Positions 51,752 to 62,345 of a DNA stretch of 64,000 nucleotides are shown here, one piece after another. Below the pieces are notes generated by a model. That model saw nothing but the letters and a program-made list of their open reading frames with translations. It ran no database searches and was not told the origin of the DNA. Numbering within the stretch: the stretch's first letter is position 1; each line of letters starts with the position of its first letter. The position numbers were made by a program, and so were the translations under genes. The DNA comes from Prorocentrum cordatum (taxonomy: Eukaryota), in the NCBI GenBank assembly GCA_963575745.1, contig CAUYUJ010000241.1, positions 1 to 64,000 of the forward strand. The letters run 5' to 3'.

Positions 51752-54565
51752 GCCGCGGCCTCGGATGTGCCTGGGAGGAGCGCTGGGGGAAGGGCTCGCT
51801 GGGGGTGTGGGGGGAGGGGGGGGGGCGAGGGGAGGAGGGCAAGGAAGGGTACAGGGAGGGAGGAGGAGGACAGGAGGAGGAGGAGAGGAGAGAGGAGGAG
51901 AAGGAGGAGGAGGAGGACAGAGACAGAGGGAGGATAGTTAGTAGGAGGAGGGAGGGAGGGAGGGAAGGGGGGGGAGGGAGGAGGATGAGGAGGGGAGGAG
52001 GAGGAGGAGGAGAAGGAGGAGGAGGAGGAGGAAGAGGAGGAGGAGGACGAGGAGGAGGAGGAGGAGCAGGAGGAGGAGGAAGTGGAAAGTCGAGGAGGGG
52101 TGGGGCGGGGGATGGGGACGGGAGGAGAGGGAGGGACAAGCTAAGCGCGCTCGCGTCACATCTGGCATCCGACCCCTCCCACACACCCCTTCCCGTTGCG
52201 CTGATGTGTGTTTCTACCAGCCAGAAGGTGTCATAGCGGACCTGGGCCGCAGAGTGCCCAATCAAGAAGAGGGGAGGGCGAGCAGGAGGAGCTGCGGTTG
52301 AGGTGGAGGATGAGCTGAAGAAGGAGGTCGAGGAGGAGGAGGAGGAGGAAGGATAACGACGAGGAGGAATAGCAGCAGGGTGGCAGGAGTGGGAGGAGCA
52401 GGATGACCAAGGAAAGGCGGGGGAGGGGAACTCTGCGGGTCGACAACGTCAAGGAATGACTCGGAACCAGAAAAATATCGTAACACTGATACACGTACTG
52501 GGGCGAACGTACCTTTCACAACGACGAGATCAACTCGCCGATCCTAAACTGGGGCTCGCGCTCCCGCGGGAGCACCATGTAGACACACTGAATACGGTCA
52601 CATGGAAAACAATACATATGAACTATAACATATTCTAATCCTGATCGCAAAACTCCAGGACGTAATCAAGGGGAGATCGTCCTCATAGTGGGTAACCGTG
52701 ATGCCGGTAAAGGCCCTCCTGGGGGCGCAGCTGCTCGTGTACCCGCATTGTGCACGACTACTCGGACGACGACGGAGGTGCGACGGGAGACAGGTCCGAC
52801 GCGCTGCCGGCTGCCGAGGATCCCCCGCGTGGCGCATGCCGGCGGCTGCCTGGAGCTGCGCCTCGCCGCGACGCCGCGCGTCCTTCCGCATATGTTGGAA
52901 GCGTTGGTGAAGGATTGCGGGACTATAGATAGCATGTGGACGGCAGAGACACCCATGGCCAATCCACATCCATGGCCAATCCACGATGGGAGTTCCACCG
53001 GCTATCCAGGCTTCCATGGCCATATCCTGGATGCCTCCTCCACCGTACCCGCACCGTACGTACCGTGGATGCATCCTCCTCGCTGGGCGGGTCGGCGGAT
53101 CGGTTCGCGGCTCGGGGAGTCGGTCGTCGACCACCCCTCCGTCGTCGGTCGAGCTCCCTTGATGGGCCTGTTTTCCACCCCGCCACCATAGGTTGGAGGG
53201 GGAAGGAGGAGGAGGAGGAGAAGGAGGAGGAGGAGGAGGAGGAGGAGAGGTGGGGAGGAGGAGGAGGACGAAGAGGAGGAGGAGGAGGAGGAGGTGGAGG
53301 AAGAGGAAGAGGAAGAGGAAGAGGAGGAGGAGGAGGAGGAGGAGGAGGAAGTTCCTTGCCCGGTACCCGCACCGTACGTACCGTCGGCCGCGCGCCGGCC
53401 ATTCGCTGCAGCTCGCCCCTGGTGGAGCGCTCCCCTCTGCTGCACGCCGCGGGCGCCCGGGCCGCCCAGGCCAGTCGGGGCACTGCTGGCAGCGGGCCGC
53501 AGGCCTGCTTTCGCCGAGCGCGTTGCGCTGCTCGCGAAGTGCCTACTCTTGATGGCGAGTGACGCGGAAACAGCCGCGCACCGTCAAGAAAGGTCGGTCG
53601 AGGTGCTAAGCCGCGCAAGTGCAAGGCAGCGGACACAGAGACGGGCCATTACGCGGGCAGCGCAAGTGAGACGAAGACAGAACGAAGCGAAAGAAGGAGA
53701 AACGGGACAACAAGAAGAGCGGAAGAGGGAAATAATGACGAGACAGAAGGGAGGGCAAGCGACACACGAGGAGAGCAAGAAAGGCGAAACGAAGCGAGAA
53801 AGACGCGAAGTGCCTACGCGCAAACTCCAGAAAAGAACGCGTCGTCCTCCATGTAATGGGTCCTAAGTCCTACGCGGCGGATCCAGGCCGTTTGCGAGCA
53901 GTTACTCTGCGAGAAGTGGAACGCGCTTGGCTATTCTTGCATCCAGGCCCAGGCCTCTCAGAGTGGGCTCCGAGCAGATGTTGTCGGAGGATCTCGCCGA
54001 GTCGCCAGTGCATCGGCGACGCGGCTCGATGCGGTGCCCGACGCTCTCCGCGCCGACGCTCTCGCTCTTCATATGGCTTCCAGACGGCCCAAGCCAGGCT
54101 TCTAAACATGACGATTTCGCTTGGGACATCCTCAATCAAGAGATGTGTGTGACATCGCATAGGCATCGTTTTTGATGGCATCGAAACAGCCGCGAACGAG
54201 CCCCAAAATGACCCCAAGAGCGCCCTCGGTATTCCTTAACATGCGCATTTCGCTCGATACATCCTCACCAATACGAGTTGTTTGCAACATCGGCGTTCAC
54301 AAAAACATGCGTTTCGCCTGAGACGTCCACCAGAAAATTAATGTCGCAAACTCAGCCAACCTAACAAAATGGCGCCATCACCTGACACATCCTCGAAAAC
54401 ATGAGATGTTGAAAAGGTTGATTTAAGACAATGCATGTTAAACATTAGTTTTTCGCCTGGGACATCTTCAGAAAATGGGCAGGGCTGCCGCAAACCAACG
54501 CACAGAAGCACGGCAAAACGCGGGGGAGCACGGCAGAACACACAGGAGCACGGCAGAACGCACAG

Positions 54566-54585
54566 CGTAGCCATTTTGGCTCAAG
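54566..54585 (+). other. DinoSL relic (20 nt)
   Basis: CGTAGCCATTTTGGCTCAAG. Confidence 0.95.
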
Positions 54586-56626
54586 CCGTGCTCGGGCGCG
54601 CGCCGCGCGCGGGCGCTTGGGCAGAATGGTGCGGGAGGTGCTCGCCGGTGTCGCGGGGGGCCGCTGGGCGGCAGGCAACCTGGTGAGACGGCTTGACATG
54701 GATCTGCGGGAGGCGAAGGAAGTCAACGCCAGCCTCCAGGCGCAGCTGGAGTGCGGATCGCGCGGCGACGCCGCGGAGGCGGAGGCCCTCCGCCGCGAAG
54801 CCATCGCGCGGCCCGCCTTGGTTGCGCGCGTCCGCGGACGCCGCGAAACCAGGGCGCAGCGGCAGCGGCGGAACGTCGCGTGGCATGCCGAGCGCTGCCC
54901 GTCGGCAGACGCCCCGCCGCAGGAATGGCGCAGGGCTCAACGCGGGCCGCGCCTCCCAGGAGGGCCCCTTCTTGGTGATGGGCGCGGCGGTGCGGCGCAG
55001 AGTGCCATCGTGTGTGAGGTGGAGACCTGCGTCTGCGAAGTGCAGCCGCCGACTGAGTGCGCATTGGATGCTTGCGTGGCCGAGGCGCCAGCGCGGCTGC
55101 CCAGCGCCCGAGTGGCGGCCGCGAGGACCCCGCTGCGGTCTGGCGCCCAGCCGTACCTCCCCGAGTGGGCGCGCTGGGCCGCGCTGCTGGGGGAGCTCGG
55201 CGTGGCGCAGCAGGCCGAGCAAGGCTGCGGCGAGGGCGGCGCCGAGAGCACCGAGGCGGAGGAGATTCGGCTGCGAAGCCGAGGAGGATCGCGCTGCTGC
55301 GGCGCGTTGCTCGGCGTGGCGGCCGTGGCGGAGCGGGGGCAGCCTAGAGGGGGACTCTGAGTTCGAGGGGGATTCTGAGTTCGAGGATCTCGGGTCCGAG
55401 CGCGGGCAGTTCCTGCGCGACGAGTTCTCGGACGGCAGCGAGCTGGCCGCGGAGTATGAGCTGGCGCGCGCTGCCTGGCTGGAGCGCTCGGGCCCCAGGC
55501 GCGGTGGTGGGAGCGGGCCCGAGGAGGAGTACGGCACGCTAGCATTCGCGGCCAACGGCTCCGAGGTAGGCCCCGAGGAGCTGCACGAGTCCGAGGAGAG
55601 CTACGCGGCGCCCGTGCCGTGCGGGCTGCACGGCGACAGGCGTGCCAGCGAGCCGAGCGGGGCCAATCCTGTCGGGCTGGGGCAGGAGTGTGAGAGGAGC
55701 AAGCGGGCATCCTTCGCTCCGTGGCCCGACGTCGTCGACTTGGAGGCGGGGGCCTTGGGAGGCACGCTCGGTGTGTCTGGGATTATTCTGCTTGGCCCTG
55801 CCCCTCCGTGGTTGGACCTCGCGTGGACGTGCCATGCGAAGGCCGTCGACCTGATGTACCTCTGCGAGTGCGAGAGGTTCGGCATCTCCGCGAGGCCTCG
55901 TCGGCGACCCGCCTGGGGTGTGCGTTTCGCCGAAGGGCCCTGGCTGATGCAGGCCCATCCGCCAGGCATGTCCGCGGGGAGGGCCCTCGAGCTCGAGCTG
56001 CTCATTCGGGCGCGCAAACCGAGCGGCGTCGCGACGCTTGACGGAGGCACGATGCACCGCGCGAAGGAGACGCCGCGGCCGTCGTCCGTGGCCGTCGTGG
56101 AGGTGCCCGTGGGAGGCGCGGCCATCGAGCGCGCCGTCGGCGTGGGGCCGCCCCTGGTCGCGGACAGCGTCGACTGCGCCGCGGGCGATGGCCGCTCGAG
56201 CTCGGAGGGCGTGGTCGTTTCGTTCCTGGACGGCTTCTCGGCGGCGGCGGCGGCGTGTGCGGCCAAGGGGCCGAAGTCGGGAGTTGTGTCGCTCCTGGAC
56301 TTGGCCGAGGCCCGCGCCCTCGGCGTCCGCCTCGGAAGTGCAGGTTGTCCAGATGCCGAGGAGCGTCAGCGGCTCCTCGGTGATCTTTTGGTCCGTGCGC
56401 GTTGCACGACGCGGCCCAAGAGTGAAGAGAGAGGCGGGCAGTTGCGTTCTGCATGTAGTTCTGCTCTCGCCTGTGGTGCCGCGCGGTGGGGGCCCAGTGC
56501 GGCCCCCGCGGCGAGAGGCGGCCCTAGGCGGCCCCTCCTGGGAGGGCGTGTCTCGGGTGGCGCTTGGTGCCCCTGGAGGCCCCTCGGTCCTTTTCTTTGC
56601 CTTTATGGCCCCACAACTGCAACTGC
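54566..56626 (+). mobile_element. Complete SL-headed retroposed element (2061 bp) without recognisable RT
   Basis: SL at the 5' end, short (CAACTG)2 tail, and 9-bp duplication AACGCACAG at 54557-54565 and 56627-56635. Splits a CACGGCAGAACACACAGGAG minisatellite. First ATG 54626 (MVREVLAGVAGGRW...). Confidence 0.82.
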
Positions 56627-57020
56627 AACGCACAGGAACACGCCGGATCACAAGGATCACACGGGAGCACGGCAGAACACACCAAAGCACGGCAGAGCAC
56701 ACAGGAGCACGGCAGAACACAAAGGAGAGCAAGGAGCACGGCAGTACACACAGGACACATAGGAGCGAGGCAGGACACAGAGGAGCAGTGCAGAACACGC
56801 CGAAGCACGGCAAACACGCACGGAACACAGGGTCACGGCAGAACACACAGGAGCACGGCAGAACGCACAGGAGCACGGCAGATTACACAGGAGCACGAGG
56901 GGCGCAGCAAAACACACAGCATACACGGGAGCACGGCAGAATACACAGAATACAGAAGCACGGCAGAGCACTTAGGAGCATGGCAGAAGGCACGGGAGCA
57001 CGGCTGAACGCACGGCAGAG
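56627..57020. repeat. ~20-bp minisatellite CACGGCAGAACACACAGGAG (left part at 54498-54565)
   Basis: Same unit on both sides of the 54566-56626 insertion. Confidence 0.88.
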
Positions 57021-57039
57021 CGCATGCGAATAACATTGG

Positions 57040-58058
57040 ATATTTGACAAGCCCAGGGCGGAAAAAGGACGTTTCCCGTTCTTGTCCGGTCAGGCTTCCA
57101 GCATGCAACCAGTGCAGTTTGCACGCAATACAGCAACAAACACTCGATTGACGGCGTCGAGCCCGTCTACGCCAGACATGGATGCAACTGCCACTGCGTC
57201 GTCATCTACAGAACACGCTCAAGTGTCTTTCTACCTTCACTGACAATTTTGAGACTGCTGGTCATGCCATCAGAGCAGCCAGTGCCCGAGCACTCCTAAG
57301 CGAACTCCACTCGTGGCTCGTCCAGATTCCCGACTTCGGGCAAACTACGTTTGTTCGCTCATCGGCGTCGTCACCCTTTTCATTCCCTCTCCTCCTCTCT
57401 TCCTCCCTCCTGCTTCCCTCCCCCAAGCTTCCTTCTTTTCCGCCTGCTGTGCCTGTTCCGTCCCCACCCTCCCTCATCATTGTGACCACATCATCCCTCA
57501 GGCGTACTTGGACTGTGACGAGTGGCTCAGAGCGACTGCAGTCCTCGCGAGATATCGGATATGCCAAGCTACACGTGACGCATTTGACCGTAGACCTCTT
57601 GAGCACGCTGATCGGCGGCAACAGCGAACTGTCGAGACAGCGGAGGCGGCACCATCAGCAACCCAGTTGATCCCGATCACCGACCTGGCCGTGAGCAGTC
57701 GCCACGATATTGTGAAGGACCCGAAGCTCGCTCGGAACGTACATTATGTACGCAGTCGGTCGGCAAGCCAGGTGCGGAATACCTCATGAGAAACTCTTTG
57801 GCACATCGTTGCGCTTCGGCGAGGCTCAACAATCAGCCTCGGCGCGGGATTCTTATCGGCGGCCAGTACGTACACGGTGCCCATCAAATACTGTACAACG
57901 AGACGGACTCGAAATGGTATTGTGTGTTGTGCGTGGCCAGGCCCAGTCTTGGACAACGAGGCTTTATGGGTAAGCGCTTAATCGAGACATGTGGGCAGAA
58001 CAGCCACACTTTACCTATCGAAAATGCCGAAGACAAGTTCGTGGAATGGAGTGCTTGA
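57040..58058 (+). mobile_element. Decayed LINE ORF2 C-terminus (possible RNase H remnant plus Cys/His finger)
   Basis: KLHVT...GGNSE (weak RNase H-like) and VHGAHQILY...WYCVLC...RLIETC, the same motif type as 6001-6400. Confidence 0.45.
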
Positions 58059-58560
58059 CCCGAGCTTTACGCGAGGCGTCTGAGGTCGCCACAAGCCGTG
58101 ATAGCAGTTACTTGATTGGTGGTGAGTCTACAGTGTGGATGGTTTATGATCCCATCGAGGAGGTGGATGAACTGGAGGGCTCTCTGAGGTCACAGTTGAG
58201 TATCCAGCCTACAATGTGCAGTCTGTGACCGATGTCTTGGCTCATCCGACCTAAGTTACTTTGGCTGGTGGAGTCTAGGAGTGTCACAGAGCCCGATCGG
58301 GTAATCCGGCCTCGCCGCTCTCTGATCTCATATGGTCAATGATGAAACCTAGGGGTGTTGCGGAGGAGGATCAATACCAGGAGGAAGAGGAGGCGCCCGA
58401 AGACGGCGGGGAATCTCCAGGACCCCATTCCATCAGGGTTGAGCTTCGAACCCCGATCCGCATCTTGCCTCCTACCTCCTCAAACCCCATGCGCCAACGT
58501 GGAGCGCAGACTTCGTGGGTCGGCGCTGGACCCCCTCCCATGCCGGGTGTTGCCATACGG

Positions 58561-58742
58561 TAGGTTCGTGTCGTGTCGACCAGCGGCGACCCCGCCGCCG
58601 GAGTTCAACGTTGAACGCCGACGGCGACCCAGAATCGATCGATGTTCAACGATGTGGCGTTTCGGAAACGGCCGATCGTTCAAGGTTGAACGATTCCCGC
58701 GGTGTCAAAAACCATCGCCTGGGTCGACACCACGCAAACCTG
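58561..58742. mobile_element. MITE-like family C (second copy ~41772-42018)
   Basis: Ends GGTTCGTGTCGTGTCGACC / GGTCGACACCACGCAAACC; shared internal TCGGAAACGGCC..CAAGGTTGAAC. Confidence 0.65.
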
Positions 58743-59599
58743 CGGTAAGTTCCCCCGGCCCACGGTGCCCCCCAGGATTCCCAAGGATGCCGCCACGACC
58801 TCCAGAGCGCCCCCCTTCGAGGCCCACAGGGCCCCAGGGGCTCCGACATGGAGCTACAAGCTGGGGGGCACCCTGGGCCAGGGGTACCTTTGGCACCCTC
58901 CTCCTCCTCCGCCTCGTCCTCCTCTTCCTCCTCCTCCTCCTCCTTCTTCACCTCCTCCTCCTCCTCCTCCTCCTCCTTCTTCACCTCCGCCTCCGCCTCC
59001 TCCTCCTCCTCCTCCTCCTCCTCCTCCTCCTCCTCCTCCTCCTCCTCATCCTCCCCCTTGTCCTCCCCCTAGCTCGCGAAGCGCGCCAGGGGGGCGACGC
59101 CGGCGGCGCCGACCCGGGGGCTCCGGCCCCCCGCCGCGGCGCTCCCCCGCCCGTCTCGTTCGCGTCCGAGCTGCGCGCGCGGGGCCACCCGGTGCAGCGC
59201 GCGCGGGGCCCGCGAGCGGGGCCCGCGGGCCGCGCGCGGCGGGCGCCCGCCGCCCGAGCGGCACCGGTCGCTGACTGCGTCCTGCATCCTCGGCAGCTGC
59301 GCTTCTCCTCTTCCTCCTCCTCGTCCTTCTCCTCTCCTCCTCCTCCTCCTGCTCCTCTTCTTCCTCCTCCTCCTTATCCTCCTTATCCGCCATATCCTTA
59401 TTTATCCTCCTTGTTCTCCTTATCCTCCTCCTCCTCCTCCTCCTCCTCCTTCTCCTCCTCCTCCTCATCCTCCCTATATTATCATCCTTATTCCTCCTTC
59501 TCCCCTCCTCCTCCTCCTCCTCCCTCCTCCTCCTCCTCCTCCTCCTCCTCCTCCTCCTCCTATCCTCCTTATCCTCCATCTCCTCCTTATCCTCCCCCC

Positions 59600-60144
59600 T
59601 GGCGCCTTTCGGAGATGGATGTTGCACGCATTATCTTTCTAACGCCAGCCGTATATTCTTGCTCCAACTGATCCTCCTCCTCCTCTTCCTTCTCCTCCTC
59701 CTCCTCCTCCTCCTCCTCCTCCTGCTCTGCCTCCCCTAAGCGGACTGAGGCGAGGCGATGTTCCTTCGCGCAAAGATTTGTCCCAGGCGATCCAGCAGGC
59801 TAGAGGCATGCGTATCGCAGAGAGGACGCGTGAGGCCTCTGTCGCGATGGCGAGTTCGCGAATACTACACTGTGGAGTCCAGGTCTCTAGATCCTCTGCC
59901 TCCATCCCTTGTCGATTGGCGCAAGACAGATCGCGTGCGATTTGGCGCCGCCGGCCCGTTTCCTATGGGCGATCCCCCACCTTGAAAGCCGCGTGAACCG
60001 AAGAAGCCCCGGCAGGGGACTTGCACGCACAGCAGGGGCCCTCGCCAGGGGGAAAGGGCCTCATAGGGATGGCGTGCCTTTCGGAGATGGATGTTGCACG
60101 CAGTATCTTTCTAACGCCAGCCGTATGTTCTTGCTCCCACTGAT
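59600..60144 (+). mobile_element. Two 5'-truncated copies (59600-59672 and ~59722-60144) of one element sharing a 3' end
   Basis: GCCTTTCGGAGATGGATGTTGCACGCA...CTTGCTCC(A/C)ACTGAT occurs twice, each directly followed by (CCT)n. Confidence 0.65.
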
Positions 60145-60312
60145 CCTCCTCGTCCTCCTCCTCCTCGTCCTCCTCCTCCTCCTCCTCCTCCTCCTCCTCC
60201 TCCGCGTCCTCCTCCTCCTCCTCGTCCTCCTCCTCCTCCTCCTTGCTCTTCCTCTTCTTCATCGCTGCCTCGTGTTCCGGAAACCCGCCCGCGGCTGGGC
60301 GGCGACTCCGAG

Positions 60313-60336
60313 GCCACGGCCATGCTGATCGACGAG
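60313..60336 (+). CDS. ABC-class ATPase exon 6: ATAMLIDE (Walker B); gene likely continues beyond the window
   Basis: Acceptor CGAG|GCC gives ELG-ATAMLIDE(D), matching the family motif GAxxLLIDED; donor GAG|GA. No further exon found before 64000. Confidence 0.78.
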
Positions 60337-60409
60337 GACGCGCTCGGCTCGCCCGCGTGCCCCACCGCCCCGCGCGCGCTCCCTCCGATCCCCCACGCCG
60401 CCGCTCTGC

Positions 60410-61203
60410 CCCCCCTCTTCCTCCTCCTCCTCCTCCTCCTCCTCCTCCTCCTCCTCCTCCTCCTCCTCCTCCTCCTCCTCCTCCTCCCCCAGCTCCCCCA
60501 GCTCCCCCAGCTCCCCCAGCTCCCTGACCCCTTCATCTTACTATCGCTCACCATTTTGCTCTGCCCGCCGCGTCCTGCTCAGCATTGCTGGTCTGCCACC
60601 CCTCATTCACCTGCTCCTCCTCTTGCATCTTCCACACCTCCTGCTTTCCCCCTCCACCTCCTCCACTTCATCTCTCCTCCTCGTCACCTCCTCCTACTCC
60701 TTCTCCTCCTCCTCCTCCTCCTCCTCCTCCTCCTCCTCCTCCTCCTCTCCTCCTCCTCTGCCTCCTCCTCCTCCCCGTCCTCCTATCGCTCACCGCTTTG
60801 CTCTGCCCGTCGCCTCCTCCTCCTCCTCCTCTCCTCCTCCTCCTCTTCCTCCTCCTCCTCCTCACCGTTGCTGCTCTGTCCGCCCATTCATATGCTCCTC
60901 CTCCTCCTCCTCCTGCTCCTCCTTCTCCTCCCCTCCTCCCCTCCTTACCCCTCCTCCTCCCACCCCTCCTCCTTCCCCCCTCCGCCTCCTCCTCCTCCTC
61001 TCCTCCTCCTCTCCTCCTCCTCCGGCCTCCGCCTCCTCCTCCTCCTCCTCCTCCTCCTCCTCCTCCTCCTCTTCGTCCTCCTTCTCCTCCTCCTCCTCCC
61101 TTCTCCTCCTCCTCCTCCTCCAGCTCCCTAACCCCCCCACCCCTCCTCCTCCGCCTCCTCCTCCTCCTCCTCCTCCTCCTCCTCCTTCTCTTCCGCCTCC
61201 TCA
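60410..61203. repeat. (CCT)n/(GGA)n low-complexity tract, one of many (e.g. 17300-17530, 23590-23880, 30965-31360, 38090-38350, 51340-52090, 58897-59720)
   Basis: Direct reading of the sequence. Confidence 0.95.
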
Positions 61204-61225
61204 TCCGAAGCCATTTTTGCTCAAG
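61204..61225 (+). other. Degenerate DinoSL relic
   Basis: TCCGAAGCCATTTTTGCTCAAG (20/22) after (CCT)n. Confidence 0.88.
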
Positions 61226-62105
61226 CATCGGCTCGAATCTAGGTGTCGCCATGGTAGGCTTTGGGATTCCTCGTGATGCCTTCAATCGGGCCCTTTGCTT
61301 TCTCCTGACGCTTTGAGAGACCCAGGGCTGGAGCTCGGCGGTGGCGCACTGCTCGGTTTCATCCTGGCGGCGAAGAAGAGCACAGTGCTTAGCAGGCTGG
61401 CAGCCACAACAAGGGCCGCATGAATTACTTTGGCTTTTGGCCGATGCGGCTACCTCGTATTGCAGTGGGGATGTTGGCCAAGTGCGCCTGGTACAGTTTG
61501 GCAGTCACTGCTGCTGGAGATACTCGCTTCTGTTGCTGTGCAATTTTGTGTTGTCGGATTGGTGTTTAGTGATTTCCTCCACATACTGTTCGACATCCGT
61601 CCCAGGGGGAGGGAAGGGCCACAAGGGCTAAGCTCTGGCACTGACGGGCCCACCCTGGGCGTACCTCCATGTATCCGCTTGGTGGGTTCTTGGGTTTTGC
61701 TTCAGAGGGGCATGATTCACTGCCGGGCTCTGCTGGCATGTTCAGGCGGTCTGCGAGGCAGGTTGGGCGCCCGTGGTTGCAAGTAGTGGCACCCATCCGG
61801 GTGCAAGCATAGACCGGTGCCGCGGGGCTTGTTTCAGGTGGCTTCGCGTTTCGTTATGTCACATATGTTGGCGCATCGGTTGCTGGAAATAGATTAAATG
61901 GAATCATTGCGGCAAACATTCGGCCTGGCGCTTCTTTCCCGCAGTCGTCGCGGGGGTGGTGTTGCTGGTGGAATTCGCTCTGTTCTACTTCAGAGGCAAG
62001 GTGGCAGTCGTGGTCGGGCACATCTCGCTCAAGGTCTCCGTGGCGGACGAGAGAATATGTTGTTACTTGATCGGCTACGTCGTAGGGCCAGTTCCTGTTT
62101 CTGTT
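61204..62105 (+). mobile_element. Short SL-headed retroposed insertion (~0.9 kb)
   Basis: SL relic, GTCGCCATGG with ATG at 61251, CTGTTY-type tail. CCTCCTCATCC occurs at 61196-61206 and 62106-62116 (candidate TSD, low complexity). Confidence 0.7.
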
Positions 62106-62181
62106 CCTCCTCATCCTTCTCCACCTCCTCCTCCTTCCCATCCCCCACTCCTCCTCCTCCTCCTCCTCCTCCTCCTCCTCC

Positions 62182-62203
62182 TCCGTAGCCATTTTGGCTC
62201 AAG
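62182..62203 (+). other. Perfect genomic copy of the dinoflagellate spliced leader (DinoSL)
   Basis: TCCGTAGCCATTTTGGCTCAAG, 22/22, directly after (CCT)n. Confidence 0.97.
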
Positions 62204-62345
62204 GTTGAAACCTGCCCTGGGGCTTCAGCCTTGTCGCAGGCGACAGGGAGGCCCGAACCTTCCGAGGCCAGGACGCCTCTCTCCTTCCTGCCGTGCGCCA
62301 CAGCACGCTCCCTGTTTTGGCTACAACGACGCGCGCTGAGCCGCC

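Noticed and set aside
54693..56762. 689-aa ORF as a genuine protein or RT
   Set aside because: No RT or endonuclease motifs; non-ATG start; runs through the element's tail into the minisatellite.
62182..62260. Possible SL RNA gene
   Set aside because: The SL is followed by G then GT-like sequence (AAG|GTTG), but it leads directly into a UTR and a long ORF1 and is not in an SL/5S tandem array; a retro-insertion fits better.
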